DNA of 64,000 bases from Lama glama (lineage: Eukaryota), in assembly GCA_028534125.1 (NCBI GenBank), contig CM052816.1, positions 54,810,001 through 54,874,000 on the forward strand, written 5' to 3'. Made by a program: the position numbers and the translations under genes. Of the stretch, positions 52,236-64,000 are shown piece after piece (position 1 is the stretch's first letter; every line of letters starts with the position of its first letter). Under the pieces are notes generated by a model that saw nothing but the letters and a program-made list of their open reading frames with translations, searched no databases and was not told where the DNA came from.

Positions 52236-52688
52236 AAATCACAGTTATATTAGTTTCCTATTGCTGCTGTAACAAATTCCCACAAATGTAGTGGCTTGAA
52301 ACACAGATTTATTATATTTCTGGAAATAATAAATCCTAAAGTCAAGGTGTCACCAGGGCAGCACTCATTCTGGAGGTTCCAGGGGATAACCTGTTTCCTG
52401 GCTTTCATCAGCCTCAAGAGGCATGGGCATTCCTTGGCTCACGGTTCCTTCTTTCACCTTCAAAGCCAGCACCGTAGCATTTCCCACTATCTCCAACTTT
52501 GACCCTCTTGCCTCCTCTTGTGAGGAGTCTTAAGATTACATTTGGCCCACTGGCCAACCCAGGATATTCATTCTGTCTCAAGACTCTGAAGCACATTTGC
52601 AAGGTTTCGCCATATAAAGTAACGTATTTTCTGGTTCCAGACATTTAATGGATGGGCTCTTTGGGGAGCCATCATGCGGTCTACCACA
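52236..52688 (-). mobile_element. MLT1 (MaLR) solo LTR in the F2RL2 intron
   Basis: tattagtttcctattgctgctgtaacaaatt...ctaccaca termini typical of MLT1C/D. Confidence 0.85.
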
Positions 52689-53462
52689 ACAGCCATCCCT
52701 CTATTCATAATTTTGTCAGTGTGCAACCCAGCAGCATGAATAGGCACATGATTTCTCAGTACAGTTTAGGAGGCCTTCAGAGATTTGGCTGTAATGACTC
52801 TTTCAAATTCGTCTCTCAGATGCACCTTATTTGCACAAGACAATGTATTTCTGTGCATCTTCCCCATTAGTCTGAGAATTGAAGACAGGGATGGTGTTTA
52901 TTTAAAACTGTATCACTGGCATTTAAGTGTGCAATAAACATTTGCTAAATTAACATATCTGACATTGCCAGATGTCATGTCGGCCTACACAATGCCTTTG
53001 CCCATTTGTCACCTACCAGAATCTTTTGCTTCTATTAAATTCTCTCTCCTTATAAACCTTGCTCATCTTTGTTCATCGCATCTCTTCCTCGACATTCTGC
53101 TCAAACATCTAATCTATTAACTATCGTCTGGATGCCTATACAGTTTATAATCAATACATTAGCCTCTGAGGGTCTGATGTGCTATTTTTGTTTCCTCTGG
53201 CAGTGCTATAAACTCCTTACATGCAAGGAGTTGTCATCTAGTCTGTGCTCCCGTGTGGGTGAGTATGGTGCTGGCGCGTAAGATATACCTTAAGTGCATT
53301 CCTGTTGATTACCTGATCTGTAACCATTCTTTTAAATAAAAATGACCCTAAACTCTACAAACACTGAAATTTTGTAGCATAAAACATTTAGTTTTATTGT
53401 CTCCTGAACCACAGATATGGTTCAGTAACAAATCATACGTTAATACTTCCTTTCAATTACAG

Positions 53463-54535
53463 GGATAAAATATAAAGCAGACAACTCGGCAGAGCCAACC
53501 TTACCTATTAAGACTTTCCGTGGAGCTCCTCCAAATTCTTTTGAAGAGTTCCCCCTTTCTGCCATAGAAGGCTGGACAGGAACCACCACAAGCATAAAAA
53601 TTAAGTGCCCTGAAGAAAGTGTTTCAAATCTCCACGTGAATAATGCTACCATGGAGTACCTGAGCAGCTCCTTAAGTACCAGACTGATACCTGCCATCTA
53701 CATCCTGGTGTTTGCAGTAGGTGTGCCGGCCAACGTGGTGACCCTGTGGATGCTCTTCTTCAGGACCAGAACCATCCATATGACCATCTTCTACACCAAC
53801 CTGGCTGTGGCAGACTTTCTCTTTTGTGTTACACTGCCCTTTAAAATAGCTTACCATCTCAATGGGAACAACTGGGTATTTGGAGAGGTCCTGTGCCGGA
53901 TGACCACAGTCATCTTCTACGGCAACATGTACTGCTCCGTTCTGCTCCTAGCCTGCATCAGTATCAGCCGCTACCTAGCCATTGTCCACCCTTTCACTTA
54001 CCGTGCGCTGCCCAAGCGCACCTATGCCTTGCTAACGTGTGGGCTGGTGTGGGCAACGGTTTCCCTATATATGCTGCCACTTTTCTTTCTGAAGCAGGAG
54101 TACTACCTTGTGCAGCAGGACATCACCACCTGCCATGATGTCCACAACACATGCGAGTTCTCATCGCCTTTCCAACTCTACTACTTCATCTCCTTGGCAT
54201 TCTTTGGATTCTTAATTCCATTTTTGGTCATTGTCTACTGCTATACAGCCATCATTCGGACGCTTAATGCATACGACCGTAGATGGTTGTGGAATGTTAG
54301 GGTGAGTCTCCTCATTCTTGCGATGTTTACCATTTGCTTTGCTCCGAGCAACATTATACTTATCATTCACCATGCAAACTACTACTACGACAACACCGAC
54401 GGCTTATACTTCATCTATCTCATAGTTTTGTGCCTCGGTAGCTTCAATAGTTGCCTAGATCCATTCCTTTACTTTCTCATGTCGAAAATCACAGATCACT
54501 CCACTGCATACCTTACAATGGTGAAATCATCTTAG
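53463..54535 (+). CDS. F2RL2: F2RL2 (proteinase-activated receptor 3) coding exon 2; spliced protein 378 aa, 7TM GPCR
   Basis: ttacag acceptor; [10 protein letters not shown] thrombin site and tethered ligand (53501-53530), hirudin-like FEEFP (53540-53554), TTCHDV in ECL2, DPFLY in TM7; TAG at 54533-54535. Confidence 0.98.
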
Positions 54536-56060
54536 GGAGCATGGAAAAGATATTTGTGAAAACATACATTCTTGGGCTAATATATGCATAGCGCAAGGAG
54601 CTCTATTCTCTAACTCCATTTTTGAGCTCCTAAGAAGTAGTCCCTCCAAATAAAACATGACACGAGCACTAACTTGCAAAAAAACCCAAAAAACAAAAAC
54701 CCACTATCAGTATTTTAAGAATGTCAATGCAAGAGAAAACATACCACTGCTTTCTTTACGGCAACACACACATTTGCCTGAGTGGTCCTTCAAGCTCTCT
54801 AAATCTCCATCTTCCCTACTTCTAAGTGGTTTCTACTTTAGACGATGTGGAGGAGGAGGAGGATGGAACAAGGGGCAAGGGCACAGCATGGGGAGAAGTT
54901 AAGATCTCAGCTTTTGGTATCTGGTCTCATTTTTAATTCTTCTGCCTCCTTCACTCCCATGCTGGTGGCTGCCTCATCAGCTGATTCTATGTGTGTAATG
55001 TCTCTCCCTAGGGTCCGTTATCCTGGTCCCATCTTTGCCTCCTAACCATTCTCATCACTGCCAGTCTATCCTCCATTTACGGGGCCACTGCCAGATTAAT
55101 CTTCCTCAAACATCAAACTGAACACATCACTCAAAATCTCCAGTTCAGAAACCTCCACTGACTCTCCACTGCTGTGGACAAGTGATAAATGTCTAGCTCG
55201 GCATTCAGGACTGAAGTTCTAACTTGATTTCCCAATAAACCTTGCATGTGACTCAGGCACCAGCCGAGCTGCTTGCTTTGCTGTGATCTTGATTTCACCT
55301 CTCTCTGCCCCTGCCTCTAACTGAAAAGCTTTTTCTAACATGTTTGCTTTAATTCTTTCCATCTCTTGAAGTCCTCAAAGGACCATCCTTCTCTGACTCT
55401 CAGTCTAGAAGTTCATTTTTCTCATCTCAACCTTCAAAGCATTTTGTGGTATTTTTATTATGGCATTTACAGATAGGTCATTTATAAACAAATATTAATT
55501 CCATAAACACTTATTAAGCATCAGGGGTAGTAGAGGGGCTTGTCCTCTCCCTCCCCTATGCTCCTTTCTGCTACACTTCATGTAGCAATGCTAGGCCCAA
55601 GTCTTCTCAGGGTCTCTGGAGCCCAGCTCCATGCTGTGCGCATCATGTGGTTGAATGAATGAAAGACTAAAATCCCAAAGCATCTAAACAGCATGGAAGC
55701 CAATTAAGTTCATACTGAGAAGGCATATTCTGTATCACATGAGACGACATCATTTTTGGTTGGCCACGTTAGGAAAAAAAAAAGAAGAAGAAGGCTAAGA
55801 ATATACTCAGGAGGTCATTTAGAAATTTAAGATAATGGCTCCATTATTTTGGTTCCTTATACATAGTTTTTAATGGAGAAATAATACTCTGTTATAAACA
55901 CCCAGTATATTCGTATAGGTAAATGACAAAATTTCCCTCAGTTTGGAGATTAAACAGGAGGTGGGATATTAGTGGTTAAGGGCACGCAGGATTCCTGAGA
56001 TGAATTTTCAAGTCTGCAGGAATATGCATTGACCATATACTTTGTAGTGACCACCAAAAC

Positions 56061-56066
56061 AATAAA
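56061..56066 (+). terminator. Candidate distal F2RL2 polyadenylation signal AATAAA
   Basis: AATAAA, then ATTAAA at 56073-56078 and a T/GT-rich downstream tract; other AATAAA near 54649 and 55234 are alternatives. Confidence 0.45.
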
Positions 56067-56154
56067 AAGCATATTAAATGCATATTTTTGAGTTTGTAGG
56101 GTTTCCTATTTCTTTGGACTTAGGTTAAAAAAATGTACATGATGATTACTTACA

Positions 56155-56193
56155 GTGTGTATGTGTGTGTGCGTGTGTGTGCGTGCGCGCGCA
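56155..56193. repeat. (TG)n/(CG)n alternating purine-pyrimidine tract
   Basis: gtgtgtatgtgtgtgtgcgtgtgtgtgcgtgcgcgcgca. Confidence 0.95.
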
Positions 56194-58317
56194 GTTACAT
56201 GAAGGGTAAAAATCAGGTAAACACTAAAGTCAGCAAGAAGAACAAATCTAAAGCAAGTTTCAAGCTGACAAAATGTTCAACAGGAGAAACTGGCTTCTGC
56301 AAAGTCATCAATTATAATACAGTTTTACCTACAGAAAAATTCAGCAATATTCATTTGTTAAAAGCACACTTAATTTTTATGCAGTAAATATGCATACAGC
56401 AAAATCTAACTTTCTTCGAGGGTATAATTCATACATTCTCAAGCAAGGCCTTCCATTTAAAAATAGCTCACAATTCACTGTCTCCAATGAACAGACCTAG
56501 GAGGTGTGTTCTCTGGTAAGTATATGTCAACATGCCCCCTACTCAGTCCTTCCCCAAAAGAGACAGAAGGAATTTGGTGCCTAGACAAGGTTATACTTGA
56601 AACACTATTAACCAAGGACCAAGAATTCTCACCAACTTACATCACTGTTCTCAATCTTTCATCAGACTGAGCATCCATTCTATTAAGATGTTATCCATCG
56701 TGACTTTCAATGGCTGTACACTGTGGCACATGCTTTACCTCGTCTTGAAAACACCAGTAATGTAATTTTCCTCTATTTTCCCAAGGCTAGACCTCTGGTA
56801 AGCAAGGCACAGGAATAGCCCCGTAAAAAAACAATGGAAAAATTCCAGATATTAAAGCAGCAGAGGTTAAAAAACAGAGACCCCACCAAATAATAGAATC
56901 AGATTTTTTTCCCCCCTAGGGAAAGAGAATGGGCTGATAAAAGAAAGTTTGAAAATTAATGGGAAGAGAAAGAAACATGTGTTTAAAAGTAGCAGTGTAA
57001 CCAAATCAGATTCACTGCTTGGAATAGTAGCAGTTTTGGTCTCTTAATTACTGCCAATGTAGTTCAAGCCCCTAATTTATAGGTCAGAAGTAGTTTAATG
57101 CCTGAGCTCTAATCCAGATCCCTTGGCTCTTATTAAATGCTCTGATTACACTATTAAAGAGAGCTGGCAGAGCACAGACACCCAGGGGAGACTCCGAGTG
57201 CCCTGGACAGGTGCTGTGGAATTCCAACTTATCTAGAGCCCTTGGCCTGGGGTGCTCAGGAGGGGACTGTCCCTGCCTGCCTATGAAAGGTTTGTGAAGT
57301 CCAGCTCACCTCAAGGACAAACCCCCATGTGGCTGTGGGTAGAGAGAAATCCAGATCTATGTCTGTCTTTGCCCATAGGTCAGTCTTTCCGCAAAAGACC
57401 CAGTAGGAATTTGGTGCCTACACAAGGCTATACTTGAAATATCATTAACCAAGAACCAAAAATTCTCACCAACTCACATCACTGCCCTCAGTCTCCGTGT
57501 GATGTCTATGTCTGGTACCCAGCAGATCCCAGCTTGTGGACAGAACAGACCGTGTGCCTACGTGGCAGCCAGCAGTGCCCAACAATAACACCAGCTACAT
57601 TAATTAAGCACTTATTTTGGGTGAGCTGCTTCATTCTAAATGCATTTCACTTACACACACACATACATCTTCATAATTAACTGTACAATTATATGTTAAT
57701 TGATAAAATATTTTAAAAATTACTACAGAACCATTTAAGCCTACTGTAATCCTAGAAGGCAGGCACTATTAGTCTCAGTTTGCACAAGTGAAAATCAAAG
57801 CACAGAGAATTTTGGTGACTTGACAAAAATCTCTAGCTAATTTGTGCCAAAGCCAAGACTAGAATGATGCCTGTCTATCTCCCAAGCTAGTAACTTCAGC
57901 TTCCAGTGCTGTGCCACGTGCTACGGCCTCAGCCACAGCAGTGGGAACAGAGGCGGCAGCTCAGGCGTCCTAGCTGACAGGGTCCTCTCTCCTCCCCCTG
58001 GGGTGCGGGGACACGACGCCTGGCCGGAGCCTCACCCTCCCTCCCACTCACTGGCCTGGCACCGAACCTGAGCCTCAGGTCCCTTCACACCAGCTGAGAC
58101 GGCACCCACCCCCACAGTGGCTGCGAGGCTCAAATGAGCATGACTTAGGTGAGGGCATCCATGAAGCACAGAGATAATGCTGCTGCCACCCCTGGCGGAG
58201 GGCAAGGAGCACAGACGGTCCCACCATGGGGGGGGGTATTTCCTTCAGCTCTGATGAGGCCATTTAGTAATGTGGAATGAATAGGATTTATATTGTTGTT
58301 TTTTCACTGTTACTGAA

Positions 58318-58488
58318 CTTTAATTAATTAATTAATTGGTTGTAGGTAATTAGGTTGTTCATTTTTAAAATTTTTTGTGGGGGAGAATTAGGTCTGTTCG
58401 TTTGTTTTAATGGAGGTACTGGGGACTGAACCCAGGATCTCACGCATGCTAAGCGCATGCTCTACCACTGAGCTATGCCCTCCACCCC
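58318..58488 (-). mobile_element. tRNA-derived SINE with a doubled tail segment
   Basis: Consensus match; aattagg tail motif occurs twice. Confidence 0.87.
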
Positions 58489-59251
58489 GAATTTTTATTG
58501 GGGAGAATTTTCTTTTTCCTTAGGTAATACATCACAGGCAATGGTTCAAAATGAAAAAGATTCAAAAATACATCCTCTTCTTCCCTAGCCACTCAATTCT
58601 CCTCTCCAGAGGCAACCACTTCTCTGTATTCCTAGAGGCTGGATGGTGTCAAAATATTTCTAATGATGCGAGGTGAAGTTAGTTGCTGTGAAGGGAACAC
58701 CTGTATTAGGGCGGTAGGTCTTGTTTCAGAAACTAGAGAAGTTACTGGGGGAACTGGCCATTTGTGAGTTGTTTACATTGTTTTTTGAAAATCTAAGAAC
58801 ACTGAGTAATATATGCACTCCATAAAAAATGAAAAATCCAAGCAGTACGAAAACAGAGTGAAAAGGAAGTCCCATCGACACCAGCCTTCTAGTTCATCTT
58901 CCAGAAATATTTTATGCACAAAAAGCATACATACATGGACCCATTTCTTTGCATGTGGAAGCCTGCTTTTTATATTTAGCAATATCCACTTATTCTTTCT
59001 GATGGCCACACAGTATTTCACTGTATGGATGTACTGCAATTTATGTAACCAGTCCCCTCTTGATGGACACTCAGGCTCTTTTTGGTTTTTCACTATTATA
59101 AATAATGCGGCAATAAATGTGCTTTTCCAGCTGCCTTAATGCTCCACAATACAGGTCTCTGAATCAGACCAGGGCATAGTCCAGAACTAATTACTTCATG
59201 GATAGCTTTGGATAATTTACTTCGTTTCATTATCTGTAAGATAATGATAAT

Positions 59252-59351
59252 NNNNNNNNNNNNNNNNNNNNNNNNNNNNNNNNNNNNNNNNNNNNNNNNN
59301 NNNNNNNNNNNNNNNNNNNNNNNNNNNNNNNNNNNNNNNNNNNNNNNNNNN
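59252..59351. other. Assembly gap (100 N) next to a (TA)n tract at about 59368-59400
   Basis: Exactly 100 N, a usual placeholder for a gap of unknown size. Confidence 0.99.
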
Positions 59352-59364
59352 TGGACTGTATGAG

Positions 59365-59404
<40 letters not shown>

Positions 59405-60554
59405 ACCTAATATCATGTTTGCAAATAGCAGGTGCTCAGTAAATGATTGCTCTAACCAAAGATGTTCTTCCTGTTCCAGATGAGGCAGTTCCTGGGTTCT
59501 AAAGACCTATACAAATGAGACACCCACTTCTTTCTGATTGGGTTTGCACCCGGGAACACGGCAGCTACAAGTGGCTAGGTCCCACGTGGCATCAGTGACA
59601 GGTCAGAAAAGCCTCTCCACTCAGCCCAGTAGTCTTGCAAAGTGGCTACTATCTGTAGCATGTCTCATAACGACAGTACAAACTGTGCAGCCACATAAAA
59701 CCCTCTGCTCTTCCATGGGACCTGGCCAGGTCAGCTTCCTCCCATGCCTAGAACAAACCAAGCTGGTACCCACCTCGCTCTGCCATTAGCTGCCTGCATC
59801 ATCCTGCCTCCCACTCACACCTAACCAACTCTCTCTTATCTTTCAGGAACAGCTCCTGTTCTTTCTCCACACCTCTTAGGATTCCAATTCCCAGAAATTC
59901 TAACCATCTCTGACACTTTGAGCATTTCTTGTTATGACACTGCCACATATTCACTTCTATTGCTATTTAACTGTTCTCTATGAGAATGCCTCATAGAGCC
60001 TCAGTAACTTCTAAGCATCTTGAGGATAAAGATAGAACATTCAAATGGTATCACATGTTCCCTGTATCTCCCTTTCCCCTACTGTATGCTACATACCACA
60101 CTCTGACTGCAGTATGTGCTCGGTAAATATCCAGTGACTTGCACTGCGACAAGAGCTCACCCACAGCTGAGTTTTTAGTCAAAGAGTGGAAGCAGTTGTC
60201 AGCTCTGAAGCTGGTTTGCTCTTCACATTTGACACCAGGAAAGTACCAGCCCTATTAACTTCCAATCTGATCCAAATAGCATGTCTGCTATTTGCAGACA
60301 CGGTATTAGGTACTTTATGTACATGTATATTATCTCATACAGTCCACATAATAATTTGTATCTGCTCTACCAATTAAGTATCATTATTGTCATCTAACAG
60401 ATAATGATAACGAAATGAAGTCTAAGTAAATTATCCAGACAGACACAGATAAGCAGCTCATGAGCTTTAGGAAAAATGGGGTAAAAAACCTTCTCTTACC
60501 CCTCTCCCTGACCGGGTCTGTAAATTTAGAAGAAACACACCTACTAAGACTTAC

Positions 60555-60718
60555 CATGACCTTCTGAGTTTTAGCATGGTACAAAACATCCTGGTAGTGC
60601 TGGGCAGAGTCTGGGTCCACATCTTTAATCTTGGCAGTGGGTAACAGCAGACTGTCTAAGGTTTTCAAAGGATTTCCTTCATCAATGGTTTCATTGATGT
60701 ACCCTACAGCTACAATTC
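60555..60718 (-). CDS. IQGAP2: IQGAP2 coding exon (probable exon 13), IQGAP repeat region: IVAVGYINETIDEGNPLKTLDSLLLPTAKIKDVDPDSAQHYQDVLYHAKTQKVM
   Basis: ttctag acceptor, gtaagt donor; 164 nt (2+162); translation matches IQGAP2 as I recall it; exon numbering inferred from human. Confidence 0.95.
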
Positions 60719-60849
60719 CTAGAAAATGAAGAAAAAATTTCCTTTCAAGTTGCAGCACATTGTAAGTTTTCTAGAATCACCTACAGCAAAGATTGAGTTA
60801 GAAGGGGGCGGGGAACCACACACACAAACTGTGAGAACCAACAAAAACG

Positions 60850-62910
60850 GCTAAGGTGTACACAGCAGGTCAACGAACAGAACTCAGCTGTGTCTCTACA
60901 CACTTGCAATGTGCAATCTGAAAATGAAATTAAGGGAGAATTTCATTTATAACATATTCCAATGACAAATACAATTACAAAAAGAATGAACACTTGGGAA
61001 TAAATTTAGCGAAACAAACACAAGACATACACTCAAAATTACAAAACACCACTGGAAAAAAAACCTTAAATAAATGGAAAAATCATCTCACATTCATGGA
61101 TAAAGACTTAATATTGTCAAGATGGAAATACCCCTCAAACTGATCTGCACATACAGTGTAACCTCTATCAAAATCCCAGCTGACCTTTTTTTTTTCCAAA
61201 AACACGAATTGACCAGCTGATTCTAAAAGTCATGTGGAGATGCAAGGGAACAAGAAATAACCAACACAACATTGGAAGAAAAATATAGTTGGAGGCCTCT
61301 TTCCATCTGCAAAACTTACTGCAAAGCTAAAGTTAATACCATCTGATACTGACATAAAGACAGACATACAGATTAATGAAAATAGAATTTAGAGTTCAGA
61401 AATAAGCCCTTACATTTACATTTACATTGATTTTTGACCAAGGGTGCCAAGACAATGCAAGAGGTATAAGCAATAATCTTCATAACAAATGGCACAGACA
61501 ACTGAATGTCCACATGCACAAGAATGAAGGCGAATTCCCTACATCACATCATACACAAAAATTAACTCAAAATGGATCACAGACCTAGACATAAAAGTTT
61601 AAATTATAAGTGTTTAACCTCTTAGAGGAAAATAAGAGCAAATCTTTGTGGTCTTGTGTTAAGGCCATACTTTTCAGCTATGAACACCAAAAATATAAAC
61701 AAAACAAAAAGTGAATACATGAGACGATGTAAAAATTAAAACTTTCAGAGGTACAAAACTATTATGTATAAAATAAACTACATGTACAACGCAGGGAAGA
61801 TAGCCAATATTTTAAAGTAACTATAAATGGAGTATAACCTTTAAATATTGTACATCTGTAACTGATACAATACTATACACCACCTATTTAAAGAAATTAC
61901 ACCTTTTACGCTTCTAAGGACACCATCAAAGAAAGCAAAGACAATGTACAAAATGGGAGAAACCACCTGCAAGTCCTGTATCTGATAAAAAACTGTATAC
62001 CTGATATACGAGCACACCAGACATACAAGGAACTCACACAACTTAATAAAAAAGAAAACCAATTTAAAATGAGTAAAGGACTTGATCAGATATTTCTTTA
62101 AAAAGGATATACAAACTGCTAATAAGCACATGAAAAGATGCTCAATATCATTAGTTAATAGGAAAATGCAGATCCAAATCACAGTGAATACCACTTCATA
62201 CCCACCTGGATGGCTACAGCAAGAAAGACAAACAATAACAAGCCTTGTGAAGATGTGGTAAAACTGGAACTTTCATACAACGCTGGTGGGAATGGAAAAT
62301 GGTACTCACCTTGGTAAACAGGTGGTTCCTTAAAATATTAAACACAGAACTGCCATATGATCCAGCAATTCCACTCCTAGGTATATACTCAAGGGAACTG
62401 GAACCATATGGTCACACAAAAGCTTATACATGAATGTTTACAGAAGTAGTATTTATAATAGCTAAAAAGCAGAAACAACCCAACACCCATCAACTGATGA
62501 ATGGATAAACAAAATGTCCATCTACAGAATGGAATGTTACTTGACCTAGAAATGAATGTGAAATACACTGACACATGATTCAGCAGAGACGAACCTTGAA
62601 AACATTATGCTAAATAAAAGAAGCTAGACACAAAAGGCCACGTATTACATGATTCTATTTATATGAAATATCCAGAATAGGAAAATCAATAGAAACTAAG
62701 TATATTAATGTTTGCTAGGGGATGGGAGGAGGGGGAAAAGAGAGTGACTGCTAATGGGTATGAAGTTTCTTTCTGGAGTGATGAAAACGTTCTGAATTTA
62801 GATAGCAGTGATGGTTGTACAACTTTTTAAACACATAAAAAATGAAAACACAATAAAAGGGTAAATATTATGGTATATGAATTATATCTCAGTAAAGCTG
62901 TTATAAAAAG
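60850..62910 (+). mobile_element. Old L1 (L1MB-like) ORF2 and 3' UTR, with a nested younger L1 3' end at about 61745-61890
   Basis: Continuous ORF2 remnant motifs and L1MB-type end; boundaries approximate. Confidence 0.85.
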
Positions 62911-63208
62911 GGAAGATAACCTGACATACACGTAGCAGCAGAGATGCTCCTTTCTAGTGCAACCTTCACTAGACAATAATGCCAAGGTATTGGATGATGG
63001 GACCATAGAATATCAGAGCTGGAAAAATGTACTACAGAGATGTACAAAAAGAAAACTGAAGTGCAAAGAGAATTGGATATACAGTCTATAATTTGGATTA
63101 TTCTACTTCACCACTCCGTAAAGAATGCCAAAACAGAGACAGTTCAAAATCAAACAATTCCCTACAGTGTTAAGTGTTAGCACAGTGACTCTCCAGGACA
63201 AGATAGTT

Positions 63209-63388
63209 CAATGCTATCCAATGGAATGTTCTGTGATGATGAAAATGCTCTGCACTTCGGCTGTCCAATATGGTAGCCATTAGCCACGTGTAGCGAATGA
63301 GCATTTACATGTGGCTTGTACGAAGGAAGAACTCAATTTTAAATTTTATTTAATTTTACTTAGTTAAAATGGTCACATGTGGCTGGGA
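63209..63388. mobile_element. MER3-like hAT element
   Basis: ctgtccaatatggtagccattagccacgtg...cacatgtggct. Confidence 0.75.
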
Positions 63389-63711
63389 AGTGTAGGCAGG
63401 TTCCATAGAAATTAACAAAGTCCTACACGTTTGGGGATATTTTTAAGGTTCAAGTATGGCTAGTTAACATCATGAATTGTTTCTCTAATGCCAGCTGGTA
63501 AAATAACATCTGGAGCCCTAATTCATGGCTGTACTAAACGATGAATAAGTACAGCCACCAGTTAACTTTCTACCATCTCTATTACACCATAGGGTCTTAG
63601 GACAGAAACTATAAGGTCTAGAAATGAAAAGCACAGAAGCCGAGCTATGGAAATGGAAATTTTTGAAACTCTAGCAAAAGGGATCTGTGTGGAGGCCACT
63701 TCTCAATACCA

Positions 63712-63788
63712 CCTTCTTCTTCTTCTTCTTCCTTCTTCTTCTTCCTTCTTCCTCTTCCTCTTCCTCCTCTTCTTCTTCTTCTTCTTCT
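63712..63788. repeat. (CTT)n/(CCT)n microsatellite grown from the L1 tail
   Basis: Direct reading; abuts the 3' end of the minus-strand L1. Confidence 0.95.
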
Positions 63789-64000
63789 ACCATTTTTAAT
63801 TGAGTTATAGTCATTTTACAATGTTGTGTCAAATTCCAGTGTAGAGCACAATTTTTCAATTATACATGAACATACATATATTCATTGCCACATTTTTTTC
63901 CACTGTGAGCTACCACAAGATCTTGTATATATTTCCCTGTGCTATACAGTATAATCTTGTTTATCTATTCTGCATATGCCTGTCAGTATCTACAAATTTT
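63789..64000 (-). mobile_element. Young lineage-specific L1 3' end, running out of the window
   Basis: Reverse complement closely matches 18480-18660. Confidence 0.88.

Noticed and set aside
53636..54535. 299-aa ORF as a stand-alone intronless GPCR
   Set aside because: It starts at an internal GTG; the frame extends up to the acceptor at 53463 and joins exon 1
1..58488. SINE strand bias (9 of 11 copies sense to IQGAP2)
   Set aside because: Too few copies to separate from chance
63671..63859. 62-aa ORF with poly-Glu and Arg/Lys runs
   Set aside because: Translation of the (GAA)n tail of an L1, not a gene
1..64000. CRISPR arrays, rRNA genes or prokaryote-type systems
   Set aside because: None seen; this is ordinary mammalian gene and repeat sequence

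Overview
Mammalian genomic DNA, probably camelid (inferred from the tRNA-derived SINE and L1 3' end types; not verified by search). The window covers the middle of IQGAP2 on the minus strand. I could place 18 coding exons with GT-AG boundaries and consistent phases (2548 nt, 848 complete codons; probably human exons 13-30: WW, IQ motifs, RasGAP-related domain, start of RGCT). Its 14.7 kb intron (45893-60554) holds a complete two-exon antisense gene on the plus strand, F2RL2 (thrombin receptor PAR3, 378 aa, intact [10 protein letters not shown] site). This nesting is known in human. The introns are rich in SINEs, L1, L2/MIR, MaLR/ERVL and MER DNA elements, and there is one 100-N gap. I see no convincing new multi-gene system. 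The best leads are an L1 3' transduction (18189-18998), an unusually similar inverted pair beside exon 13 that spans the gap, a 114-bp direct duplication past the F2RL2 3' end, and two candidate retrocopied mRNA ends of unknown origin. Repeat family names and human comparisons are from memory and need RepeatMasker or alignment checks.
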